Made by a program: the position numbers and the translations under genes. Below are positions 22,641 to 33,883 of a stretch of DNA of 35,981 nt, in pieces (position 1 is the first letter of the stretch; the number at the start of each line of letters is the position of its first letter). This DNA is from Nemertoderma westbladi (Eukaryota; Animalia; Xenacoelomorpha), in NCBI GenBank assembly GCA_032718475.1, contig JAUCBJ010002745.1, forward strand, positions 1 through 35,981. The letters are read 5' to 3'. The notes beneath the pieces were generated by a model that searched no databases, had not been told where the DNA came from, and saw only the letters and a program-made list of their open reading frames with translations.

Positions 22641-23857
22641 TAGGGCTGGCAATCCCGGGATCCCGGGATTCCGGGATCCCGGGATCCCGGAATAAAATGC
22701 AATCCCGAAATCCCGGGATTCAAGAACAAAAATCCCGGGATTTTCGGGATTTTGGTTAAAGCATTTCCACAGGTTGACAGTAACAATTTAATACAGTATA
22801 TCGTGACAATAATGTCATTATTAATGTCCATGTAGGTAGGGCTAGGCCTAAACCAGTAACACTGTTAAAATAGGGCCAAACTGAAACTATACCGGATGTG
22901 ATGGACTGTGCATGCATACCGGTACCGGCCAGTACTGGCTGAGTGGTAGTAGGACGCACCTGTCTATGCAATGACATAGGCTTCTGATACTGATACTTAC
23001 AGTAGTTTAGTTGTACCGGTCCTTTACCAGTAATTTGAGTTGGCCTCTATAAATAATAACAATGGCAGATGGACAGTTTACACATTTCAAATCTGAAGGA
23101 GTATGGCAGAACTTCCTTAGACACGGGGATGTAGCTAAGTGTATATTTCAAGTATGTGATTCACCGTGCAACAAGTTAATAAAGTGTGGTGGCGGATCTA
23201 CAAAAGGTCTACACACGCACCTAAAATCCGTGCATAATACCAACCTTCTTAAAAAGAAGATTACCGCCAATTCCAATGAAAACGACACCGCTGATATTAC
23301 TGAAGCTCAGGTTAAATCTACTAATAAAGCAAGGCCTATTCAAAAAACTTTAACAATCGACAACTACTTTGGGTCCAAGGAATATTCACTCAATGCAGTA
23401 CTAGCTAGATTAATAGCAGTGGATGGCCTTCCATTTTCTGTGTTCGAGACATCGTGTGATTTACGTCGTCTTTTTCAAAGGTCTGGATACACCTTGCCAA
23501 TTTCACATAATTCAGTCAGTTCGCATATTAAGAAATTCGCTGAAGAATGCCGAACAATTGTTAACGATTAACTACTGTTTATTAACTGTTTGTTAACTAC
23601 AGTATATTAGTTAACTATAGGTTAACTACTGTATATTAGTTAACTATAGGTTAACTACTTTAACAGTATCAGTAATAGATACCTAATATTAATATTAAAA
23701 AAAGGAAATTAATTGCTATTAATTGACACAAGTATTTTTTCACCTACATTATTCCTGAAATTCTAAATCCCGGGATTAATCCCGGGATCCCGGGATTGGA
23801 CCATTTCTGATCCCGGAATCCCGGGATTTCAATAACCCTCCGGGATTGCCAGCCCTA
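22641..23857 (+). mobile_element. hAT transposon internal-deletion derivative (1217 bp)
   Basis: Perfect TIR TAGGGCTGGCAATCCCGG / CCGGGATTGCCAGCCCTA; perfect 8-bp TSD GATCAAAC (22633-22640, 23858-23865); ATCCCGGGAT subterminal repeats. Confidence 0.96.
23062..23571 (+). pseudogene. Truncated hAT transposase N-terminus (BED zinc finger)
   Basis: VWQNF...AKC...CNKLIKCGGGSTKGLHTHLKSVH and LIAVDGLPFSVFET. No catalytic or dimerisation domain; stops at an AT-rich ~28-bp tandem (23568-23660). Confidence 0.88.
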
Positions 23858-25902
23858 GATCAAACAGTTTAATTAATTAAAATAATGAATGTGTGAGTTG
23901 AGTGTGAATGACCTACTGTACATATTGCAAAGAGTAATAATTAATTACTGCAAGAATGCTAAACTAAATTTGATTTATTTATGGGATTGATTGACTCTTT
24001 GGGCCAAAACGTCCGACAAGCAAATTGGATGTTCCAGTCATTGGGCCGAAACGTCCTAGGCCAAAACGTCTTAGACCGAAACGTCTGTTACCCCTTGTGA
24101 ATCTTGCGCCCGTAACCGTCTGATAGTTTGAGTACGGATTATTAGTCAAAGTTGGAGAAGATTTGAGGATACACTCGTCTGCTCAAAATAGTATTTGACG
24201 TCTGAAGTATCAGCAATATATATTTTACTATACCCTGAATATGACAGACAACTTATGACTGACTGAGTACAACTACTGTACCTAAATATTTGGATCTCCG
24301 CTATAAACACACAAGTACTCGGGGATGTTGTGTCCGATCTGAAATCGAATTAACTGAGAACTAGTTTGATATTGATGATATAATTTCTATAGTCTAAAAC
24401 TCAAAATATGTGCGAAATTTTTCCAAAACCTCAGGTGATTATTTTACATGCCAGTATTGAATTCTCCCAAACAAACAAACAACAGAAAAACTCATATATG
24501 AAAGATATTTATATCAAATAATATAAAACATAACACACACAGCATAATACATGTGATATAGGGAGGGGATATAGTTCCTCAATGGTTCCACTGTTCTCTG
24601 AAACAGCAACCACGCGAAGATGTTGATATAAGAGAATCTTGAGCCAGATCCAACTGCTTGAACACTGATTAGTAATAATGTCCGCTGTAGATTCTGGAGT
24701 GTGCATACTGTGCAACCAGCAATTCTTGTTTGAATATCACATGTATTGAAATGTCAGTAATTCTAATTTCAAGTTATATTTGGTACTGTAAATAGATTGA
24801 GTGCCACCTGTAGTTGAGATCGTCGCTGACATCAACTCGAAACTTTAGGATACTTAAAGCTTCAAGACTTCAGAAACTGTCTCACTCATAATCAGAAAAA
24901 TCTTTACATCTTTATTAACAACTAGCTCTTGAGTCTTATAAAACTTGACCGGATCTGTGTACCATCCACAACAAGTGATGGATATTGTAACAGGCATAGC
25001 TTTGTAGGTGTTAGTGGTAGGTGAAGGCATTGTGCATTCGCTATGATATCTAACACAAACAGCGGCACCAGTGTCTGCAAAAGAAGCGATAATTCGGTCC
25101 TACATAATAATTCTAATTCATAACTAAATTTTATTTGCTCTGTATATCTCTGTGTTTGCTCTGGGTTGGCAGGGTAATTGATGAGTTGCCAGACATCGGT
25201 GAACATGTGGAATATTGCGAAATTTCACCGTTTTATTGAGACTGACTGGATTATATATTTCAAGCTAGATGTTCTTCATACGAAGAGAGAGGCTTGAGCA
25301 TGCATCTTGGTTGTAGCCTCCTCACTGGAAGTAATCACTGAAGCTGTTTCTGAGTTTTCCACCACCTGAGATGTTTATTGCTTCATTTGGTTTTCACATT
25401 CTTACGATACGATTGATATTATATACAGTCCTTTGAATACTTGAGGTTCCCTCTTACCCAGCATGTATAACAATAAAATAGCGATTCTGTGCAAATCATT
25501 CCGGACTACAGGAAGAAATATGATGAAGATTTAACAATAATCACAAACATCGTCTGTATGTGATGTTTTCTCGTGTAGGATTCCTGGGTATTATTTTCCG
25601 TGAACATTTTCTAGGTCGGTTTGATTAACCTCTGATATCCACTCGTATTAATGCGGACCCCTGTAATCTTCCGCTATTTCTTATGACAACCACTAGTTCC
25701 CACTGCTATTTCATTGCATTAGGTTGTTTGAACGATCATATTGTTATTAGTGTCAGTGTCCGGGTGGATGCAGTGCCAAGATCTGCTTTTGCTTTCACAG
25801 TAGTGTTTGGCGGTGCAGTTTCAAATTCTACTAAAGGCTATATATTTGGAATTTTTGTTGTATCCCTAATAAATACACTAAGACTATTATAGCTTACACG
25901 CA

Positions 25903-25976
25903 AACAGGTATACCGGGGTTCAACAGGTATACCGGGGTTCAACAGGTATACCGGCGTTCAACAGGTATACCGGGGT
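25903..25976. repeat. 19-bp tandem repeat, 4 copies
   Basis: (AACAGGTATACCGGGGTTC)n. Confidence 0.92.
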
Positions 25977-26270
25977 ACAGTAATTCATGTTGTAGGTCTA
26001 GCACTACCGCGCTACTGCCCAATTCAAAGTATGTGATCCCAGACCAAATAACTAAACAGTTGTTAATTTTTTTTTTATGCTATCTCACCAGTAGTGGTGG
26101 TAATTAAAATAACTATACTGCTGCACTGATTGCATGATTCCTCGGCTAACAGTAGCTACAGGATATTGTAATGCATACTCGCTGTAATACAAATTCATAG
26201 ATACCGTTGTAAATGTGGACACTGTAACTGGTGCCGGAGGTTGTCGACAGGCAGAAAGGATCTCAACAAC

Positions 26271-26615
26271 GAAATCATTCAAATACGAAATCCAGTTAAC
26301 GTTTATCGTTTTGGTTAGCCAAATGCGCCATAGTAACCTGATTTATCTTTCATGAATTATAAACTTACACGACGTTTTAAAATATGAAAGTGAAATATAC
26401 TCACTCGTATATAAAAAAATATCATTCATTGACGAACGAAACGTAGTTGCGTTTATTGTTTTGGTTGGCCAAACGCGTCATTGTAACATGTTCCTTTCAC
26501 TTGAAATTTAACTTCAACGGTTTCTCAATATATCAAAACAAAACATGCACACCCATATACTGTACATAAATATCATTCACATGCGAAATGAACACAGTTG
26601 CGTTTATTGTTTTGA
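26271..26615. repeat. Diverged ~150-bp tandem repeat, ~2.3 copies
   Basis: ATCATTCA...CGAA...AGTTGCGTTTATTGTTTTGGTT recurs at ~26273, ~26423 and ~26572. Confidence 0.75.
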
Positions 26616-26639
26616 CAACAACTAATTGGCCATTCACTA

Positions 26640-27384
26640 GAGGGAGCCCAAAGGCTCCTCTGCTCAATAGAGTAGGTTGCTTCTAGTGTTGGTCTGTTTG
26701 TAAATTCCAAATATACCAAAATCATGACAGTCAACCTAGACAGCCCTCAAGAAATGTCTGATTTTAAGGGTAAGCTCTAAGGATGGCTTGCTTCAGCACG
26801 TGGATGACTTCTGCTACTTGGGATCATGGATCAGAAAGTCAGGTGAAGACGTCAGGATAGCTCAGGGGAAGGCATGGGCAGCGTTAAATAGTCTGTCCAG
26901 GATTTGGAAGTCTCATAGAATATAATGGAACCTTAAGGTTCGATTATTTATGGCAGCAGTAGTACCAATACACTTATATGGGAGTCCATGCTAGGCTCTA
27001 ATTGCAGAGGATACCAAATCTCTGGATGGCACTTTCACAAGAATGCTGCGCCGGGTTCATTGTGTCAAGTACAATACACACATCTCCAACCAGACTCTAT
27101 ACTACATTGGTGGTATTCCATTAATCTCCCCTAGCTTGACAGTTGATCGGAACCGCCTCCGCTTTGCAGGACATTGCTTTCGTTGTGAGGACCAGGCAGT
27201 GCATAATCTTGTGCATTGGCGGCCTCATGGAGTAATGAATAAGCATGGTGGACATCCCATGACTTTCTTGAGACGCATCTTAAAGGACACTGGCCTTGAA
27301 GATGCGGATGATATAGCAAATGTTATGCGTGATAGGGAGTTGTGGCGGCGCATCTTTGCTGACAAGCCGGCACAGCATTCTTAA
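26640..27384 (+). mobile_element. 5'-truncated RTE-like LINE (ORF 3' end)
   Basis: VDDFCYLGSWI...AQGKAWAALNSLSRIWKS...KVRLFMAAVVP..LYG...LDGTFTRMLRRV...RLRFAGHCFR...LVHWRP...DRELWR; contains a stop. Confidence 0.88.
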
Positions 27385-27991
27385 TATGTAATATATATAC
27401 AGTATAATGTAGCAGCTGCAATGCAGCATGCCGACCGTAGTAGAATTCGGCCATTATTGACACACACCCCTAACAGTGTCCGTTCGCTAAGGCTCGCCCC
27501 ACATGTTTCTGTTGTGAACACGGTGTACTATAAACACATGGCTGCACTAGATGACTTCCTCTAATTCTGCATATCTATATACTACTGTACCTACACAGTT
27601 TGCACTGTGAGTGGCAATGTTCGGTTTGCCATAATGTAAATCCTTCCTATGTAACTTTACCCTGCAGTCAATTTATTGTAGCTGCTGCACTGCCCAAGAA
27701 CCTCAAGGAGTCAATGAACTCTAAACCGGTTATATGCTAGAAAAGTTGATAGCCGAGATAGCTAATGAATTCCGGAATAAACATTTTGAAATTATGACTA
27801 TTATAAAATCGATTATTTCTTTAACAAAATTGATTAGATTTAAAACATATTCAAGTTAGATAAATTGGTAATTTTAGATGTCGTTGTAAATTTGTAATTC
27901 TTGAATTTTCTACCCACGCCCTTAGTATTCGTGGTTAGCGTGATTTCTAATAAATAAGATAGCCATAGCCAAGCTTTCTATCGATGTAAAG

Positions 27992-28652
27992 TATTCTAGG
28001 TTTTCACTTTTCGGTACAATTTGTATTGGAATTTTATATATGAAGGATTTGTATTTTTTATTTATCCGTATTAAGGTTATTTCGTGGATCTTGTGAAGAA
28101 TACCGGACTTTCTGCCGTTCTATTTCACTTTGCAGTTACCCCCATGTGAAGAATACCGGACTTTCTGCCGTTCTATTTCACTTTGCAGTTACCCCCATGT
28201 GAAGAATACCAGACTTTCTGCCGTTATATTTCACTTTGCAGTTACCCCCATGTGAAGAATACCAGACTTTCTGCCGTTATATTTCACTTTGCAGTTACCC
28301 CCATGTGAAGAATACCAGGTTTTCACCAAAAACACAGGTTACAGAATGGGCTGAATCTAACCAAAACAATATACGAATTAGTATATGTACAGGTTATAAG
28401 ACATAAATAAGCGGTATAAAACACTTAATAAAGATAAAATAAAAAAAATAAAAAATCTTCATATATAAAATTCCAATAAAAAGTCGACCGAAAAGTGAAA
28501 TCCTGGTATTCTTCACGTGGTGGGCGTACTTGTCTTTATTTTATTTTCTAAAAACAGGTATACAGTATATAATAAATCATTTCTTGTTTTGGTTAGTTTC
28601 CAGCCCTTATTTGTAACCTGGGTTTGTAGTAAAAACCTGGTATTGTTCACAT
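27992..28652. repeat. Compound repeat: 53-bp tandem x4 (28092-28317) within two overlapping inverted-repeat pairs
   Basis: Unit TGTGAAGAATACCRGACTTTCTGCCGTTMTATTTCACTTTGCAGTTACCCCCA; 27992-28075 is inverted to ~28423-28511, and 28304-28400 is inverted to ~28555-28652. Confidence 0.85.
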
Positions 28653-28809
28653 GATGAGAACAAACGGCAAAGTGAAAATTGAAGCAGAAAGTCTGGTTTA
28701 TTTGGTCCCACATGGACCTTTCCAACCGCTCAACGAAAGTAAAGTGAGGGAGGGAGGGAGGGAGAACCAATGCAATTCTTTACAGTCAGCCATTAATATT
28801 TCTAGAAAA

Positions 28810-30183
28810 ATGTCTCCAAATCTTATAACTTTGCTGTTGATTTTGTTATTTGTGACGGTTCAATCTGAAAATTCTGCTTCACTTTTACAAGCAAATGTAA
28901 CGAAGCTCAAAGCCGTTTTATTCAGTAAATACAACAAAGAATTCCGACCTGTACGACAAGTTACTGATATTATCGACGTTCTAGTTTCCTGTAAAATCGC
29001 TAGTATTTCTGTTGTCGACATTGTTAAATCTTCTGCAACGTTTTCTGCTTGGACGTTGGTTTCTTGGAACGATGTCAACTTGGAATGGGATCCAAATGAT
29101 TACAGTGGAATTAAACAGCTGACTATATCTCCAACGCAAGTATGGAAACCGGAAGTGACGATGTTAAATCTGTTGGAACGGGCTGAGGGAGATACAGTGG
29201 ATTACGCTGTACTACACTCTGATGGAAATATTGAACATTTCCAACGATTTAAAATGGAAGTTTCCCAATTATTGAATGCAACTTTTTTCCCGTTCGATAT
29301 ACAGATTCTGGTCTTTGAGTTCGCGTCGTGGATCTACGATGACTCAGAGGTCAATATCCAATGGGCGGCAAATATGAATAACATTATGACATCTGTGCGT
29401 TTCGCTTCTAATCAATGGATTTGGGAAAAAGAAGAGGCCAGATCAAACAAATCAGTTAACGAATTGCTTCAAACTCCCAGTAACAATACATACACAAAAC
29501 TAAGTCTTGCAATTACTATCAACAGAATGCCAACATTCTATATCAAAATCATTATATTTCCTTCCCTAGTTATCGACGCAGTTATTCCATTTGTTTTTAT
29601 CCTTCCACACGACGAGGGCGATCGAGTCAGTCTGATATCTGCACTGTTTTTTGCCCAACTGCTGAATCTGGTTATGGTCCAGGATTATGTTCCACCAACA
29701 GGTAAACCGGAACCCCTGCTCAGCCAACTTTACTATATGAATGTCCTTATTACCATAGTGACTGTAATTATTTGCGTTATTATTCAAAAACTCTACAACA
29801 TTTTTCACAAATTGGATGATAATTGCTCTACAGATGAAACAGATGATTTCGTTGCTGGTGAAACAGATATCGAATTGAAAGAGCAATGTGAAAGTGAGAA
29901 ACGGAAGGTGGAAATAGAACCAAAAACAAATATCGAATGTTTTACTAGAAAATTTCGCATAAGGCAAAGAGAAATCCGTATGTGTTTGAGAATATTAAAA
30001 TACTTCGATATCATGTGTTTTATATTCACATCAGTTTTTATTTTGACATCGAACTTGAGTATAATGCGAGGGTTTGATGAGCAATCTAATAGTACAGGTC
30101 TCATGGAGAACTTCGCAAAGGATTTCGATAACGAAACTGATGTTGTCTCAGTTGAATACGATTATTACTATTATACAGATTAA
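28810..30183 (+). CDS. Pentameric ligand-gated ion channel subunit (nAChR-like, Cys-less loop), copy B, 457 aa, no intron in the CDS
   Basis: About 93% amino-acid identity to copy A by eye. The signal peptide starts at ATG 28810, preceded by a TTTTCTAG acceptor-like site. Confidence 0.93.
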   Translation: MSPNLITLLLILLFVTVQSENSASLLQANVTKLKAVLFSKYNKEFRPVRQVTDIIDVLVSCKIASISVVDIVKSSATFSAWTLVSWNDVNLEWDPNDYSGIKQLTISPTQVWKPEVTMLNLLERAEGDTVDYAVLHSDGNIEHFQRFKMEVSQLLNATFFPFDIQILVFEFASWIYDDSEVNIQWAANMNNIMTSVRFASNQWIWEKEEARSNKSVNELLQTPSNNTYTKLSLAITINRMPTFYIKIIIFPSLVIDAVIPFVFILPHDEGDRVSLISALFFAQLLNLVMVQDYVPPTGKPEPLLSQLYYMNVLITIVTVIICVIIQKLYNIFHKLDDNCSTDETDDFVAGETDIELKEQCESEKRKVEIEPKTNIECFTRKFRIRQREIRMCLRILKYFDIMCFIFTSVFILTSNLSIMRGFDEQSNSTGLMENFAKDFDNETDVVSVEYDYYYYTD

Positions 30184-30393
30184 TGTTAAACAAAACATTT
30201 TGCAGTGCTCGTATTATGTTGTGAGACACAGCGTTGATAGAGATATTGATTCAATCCCGTAAAAACAACAATAATTGATAGGCAATGGAATATACTCAAC
30301 TTAATTACCTATGTTTAGTGGTCCATGTTATGGTCTGGTCATATACTACAGTACCAATATTATATTTAGTTCTGCAAAATATCTATTTTCCAG

Positions 30394-30482
30394 GGAAGCA
30401 GGACAATTAGGTCCCGGAAAATTCGGTCGCATGTATTTAGTGTTTTGGAACCGAATTGTCCGGGACCGAATGTCCTACATCC
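30394..30482. mobile_element. 89-bp MULE-like MITE in the 3' flank of copy B
   Basis: TIR GGAAGCAGGACAATTAGGTCCCGG / CCGGGACCGAATGTCCTACATCC; degenerate 9-bp TSD ATTTTCCAG / ATTTCGCAG; copy A has the empty site ATTTAGCAG (3161-3169 minus). Confidence 0.85.
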
Positions 30483-32819
30483 ATTTCGCAGTCCAAATTA
30501 ACTAAATGTATCATTCCTTAGTGTCTTACTGTAGGTCAGAATGAATTATGTACGCTTTCAATCTGTAGCTGCATGCATTTTGACCATCTGAAGATGGGCC
30601 CTTTTGCAGGAGATGAACCTTAATTATCATTCCTTTCTTTGGTTTGTTGGCACCCATATTGATTTCCATTTTTGTTTCGTAGGTTGACGAACAGATAGAG
30701 TTGTTTTAATGTAAAGTAAACGTGCTATATTGTAATACAGTATTCTATTCAATTCAGGGAATTTTTAATGGATATTTGCTATGTATTTTCGTATCGGAAA
30801 TTTATATGTCTTGGTCAACGGGAAAGACTGTAATTCTAAGTATATTGATATTATTGTAGGCCAAGGAATTGTTGTGTGAAATTATAATATTATTCCATGT
30901 GCCTGAAGCGATGTGAATAAATATCATAGTGATAATAATTGTAAACATTTATTTTATCTTCCAATAGGCCTACCTAATATGATTTTTAAGGGAAGGAGAT
31001 GTTTTTCGATACTCTTGTACTCTTATAAAATAAATAAATTAATTAAAATAATTAAATACAGTAGTAAACTACTGTATTTAATTACTTAATTTTATTTTTT
31101 AACACATTAGAATAATGAAACCATGATTCTGTTTGGCAAGACATGGAGAAGGGATGAACTTGATACAAATCCCATCTCGGTGAATTAATATTTTGTCTTA
31201 AAAATTAATATTAAATTATAAATTAAGGGAAAGGAACACAGGTTACAGTGGCACGCTCTAACCAAAACAATAAACTAAAGTCGATAGAACAGGTTACAGT
31301 ACCATTTTTGGGAGTAATCAGCTGTTATTAGCGTCGATTTTCCACTGGCGAGGGACGAATTTTAATCTCCTCATAAGTCCAACCTCGGAAACATTGCTAT
31401 TGGTGAAATATGTTATTTAGATTAGATTAGCTAATTAATTATCTGTTGGTTTGTCATACACGATACAACCCTACATTTCGTTTGCTCATTTCATTTGCTT
31501 TATCCTCAAGACTAGTTATTGTCTTTTAGAGGCGTGATGAGACAGTTGGGGAGTCACTACATTTAACTCACCCTTCCAATTAATCCTGTTGCAAATGGAT
31601 TTCGAATAGATTGACGGAATTCTAATTTTCAGGAGAAATGGCATTACAGGTCTGCTCTGGAGATCGAGGGTTCACTAGAAGAACTCCTTACAGCTGATAA
31701 ACAGGAACGAACCCTAAGCGAAATAACAAGGGAGGCCCAATTGCTTTGAAATTTAAACTAAAAATAATTAAAATGATTAAAACGAATTCTACGTTACTGT
31801 AGTACCGGTAGTGGTTGTATGATTACTGAAGTAGATGACTGACTTATGTAACTGCTGTAACTACAGTACAAAAGTCTTTCGAGCGATGTAAAAAGGAAAG
31901 AGATCCAGATGAAGCATCTTCTGAATTTACAGATAAATAGAGCGCGGCGTCTTCAGAAGTTAAAGTTTCCTGAATAATGCTAATTTACTCGAAACTGGCG
32001 ACCAGGTTTGAAACTGATGAAGGCCCTATCAGGTTCGACCATCACAGATAACCCTATTCGGTAACGATATAACCGAGGTATTATAAGTCACCTTCTAAAT
32101 AAAGCTGGAATTATCCTTTCCCATTATAATTGACTGTAGAGTGTGCCGGTGTTCTATACTTCAGATTTTAATGAAACAACCACCCCCCCCCACCCCGCCG
32201 AACTGTACGAGTTTTATATTCACATGAATTCTTGCGTTGTGGGTTCTTAGAGCCAAAAGTATATAGTCACTAAAATTTAAAACTAAAAACATTTGTATCT
32301 TAAAGTAAAGTTATTGTAGTCACAACATGATTGTTTTTATTTTAAGTAATTGTTAGTCTATCATATTTTGAACCAGTGTTGAATAATAATATAATATTGA
32401 TACAATCACATGTAGATATTGCCATGTGAGAGTCTTGTACTTATCTTTGGAAAGGTGCTATATAAATTTATTATTTTATTAATTATTATTTTCATTAATC
32501 TTAATATTTAAGTAGAGATACATGTTTTGAAGTCGCTCCCTTTTCCTTGTCAGTCAAAGGGACGCCGCCACCTTCGATATTTCATCCGCTCCAACATGGA
32601 GGAACGCGAGTTGGACGGCCTTTACGATCTCTAGTAATCATCTTGAACGTATTTTCGTCACACGCCATGTTATCTCTACAACGTCACCCATTTGATTTAA
32701 ATACGATAAAACTAATCTTAGGTTTTAGTAGGCCTACAGTATCATTATGTATTACAGCTACTAAATTCAGTTGGTTACTGACTTTAACATACTTTTTATA
32801 GGCTGGCTGTGAAGTAGTC

Positions 32820-33020
32820 TGGGGTGTCCAGAGTAGAAAATAAAAGGGATATCCCAGGAATATCCTTAAATGGACTAATTTGGGATATTCCCATGGTTAT
32901 ATCCCTGGTCCCCGGAATATCTACAGATGTCCCCAAAGAAAGTTTTTCCAGCAATCGCTAGAGGGCGGCTAAATCCCATTTAGGGATATCCCAAGGACAT
33001 GGATGGATATGCTACCTGGG
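32820..33020. repeat. Probable one-ended non-autonomous DNA transposon fragment
   Basis: Clustered GGGATATCCC/GGACAT subrepeats ending in TGCTACCTGGG; no partner end seen. Confidence 0.4.
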
Positions 33021-33159
33021 GTGGTCTAAGATTGTACCAGTCAATTTCATAAACATATGACATTTTGGCCTATAGAACTGACTCGAACAACAGCAGGGAA
33101 ACGGTTCGCCTGGCCATCCGAAAACCTGTAATTTGGAGAGTGTCTGGAACTCTGAGAGG

Positions 33160-33880
33160 CGGAGATTCCGTGAACTCTACCCGGACTTTGTTGAGGAGTC
33201 CGAAACCGATGTTGTCAATGGCTTTCTGGTAGGAATCCGGCAATTCCGGGTTGAACTCTATGCTTCCTATCTTTAGCACCCCCAATGGGACAGATACTAT
33301 AACCTGGAATTGAAAGCCGAAAGCCGTACAAATTATTTCCAATGAGTAGTGAAATTGTTATATTAACCATTAAATTAAATATTTGTGTATTGTAATAACA
33401 ATTAATAATACAACAGGTACGAACTTGTGAAACAAAATAATTAATTAATAATGAATAAATTATCAATAATGAAGTAACCGTAACAAATACAGACTATAAT
33501 ATGCAGACCTAGTAATTAATGGGGGTGTTGTTAATATTTATAACTTAAATAGTAGGCTGATAATTAATTATTAAAATAATTATTATATGTTTTTTCGTTT
33601 CGGTTGTATTGAAACTAACAAACCTTATCAGCAGTCATCGATTTCTTTAAGTTTGACTTTGTTTCTTTTGCAGTTACTGTAACTGGAAGAAGTCCTTGCA
33701 ATAATCTGTTTCCCGAACTGTAATCAATTCAAGTAACTTCCGTATTTAACTGAATATCGTCTGCAAGATTCTCTCTATTAATAAACCTTTCCAGCATTTC
33801 AGTGTACCCTTGTAATGGAATATCGTCCTCAGCACCAAAGCTTTCACCTTCGTTGAAGAGATTAGCAGAAACCGTATCTA
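33160..33880 (-). pseudogene. Flavin-containing amine oxidase (polyamine oxidase/LSD1 family), two exons: ~33880-33624 and 33303-~33160
   Basis: GYTEMLERF...IQLNTEVT*IDYS...VTV...TADK|gt..ag|VIVSVPLGVLKIGSIEFNPELPDSYQKAIDNIGFGLLNKV. Phase-0 GT-AG intron at 33623-33304; in-frame TGA at 33729-33731. Outer boundaries are uncertain. Confidence 0.8.
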
Positions 33881-33883
33881 CCA

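Larger units (their letters stand above)
7772..24093 (-). mobile_element. Mutator/MULE DNA transposon (~2.3 kb net) hosting nested LTR and hAT insertions
   Basis: Termini GGTATACAGACGTTTCGG / CCGAAACGTCTGTTACCC; subterminal ~14-15-bp repeats GGACGTTTCGGCCC at 7780-7890 and inverted at 24001-24085; 9-bp TSD CTTGAGAAT (7763-7771) / CTTGTGAAT (24094-24102). Confidence 0.9.

Noticed and set aside
24500-25700. Possible decayed transposase on the minus strand (TDDVCDYC, Sola-like)
   Set aside because: One short motif among many stops; it cannot be supported without a profile search.
28092-28317. CRISPR-like appearance of this and other regular repeats (556-980, 7780-7890)
   Set aside because: The units are head-to-tail with no unique spacers, there are no cas genes, and the context is eukaryotic.
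28651-28809. 53-aa N-terminal extension of channel copy B (and 27-aa extension of copy A, 4667-4747)
   Set aside because: Not shared between paralogs and lies before the signal peptide; probably chance open frames.
31540-32050. Possible Penelope-like end with a minimal hammerhead (CTGATGAAGGCC at 32014)
   Set aside because: The GAAA core is absent (CGACC) and the upstream GIY-YIG similarity is too weak to support.
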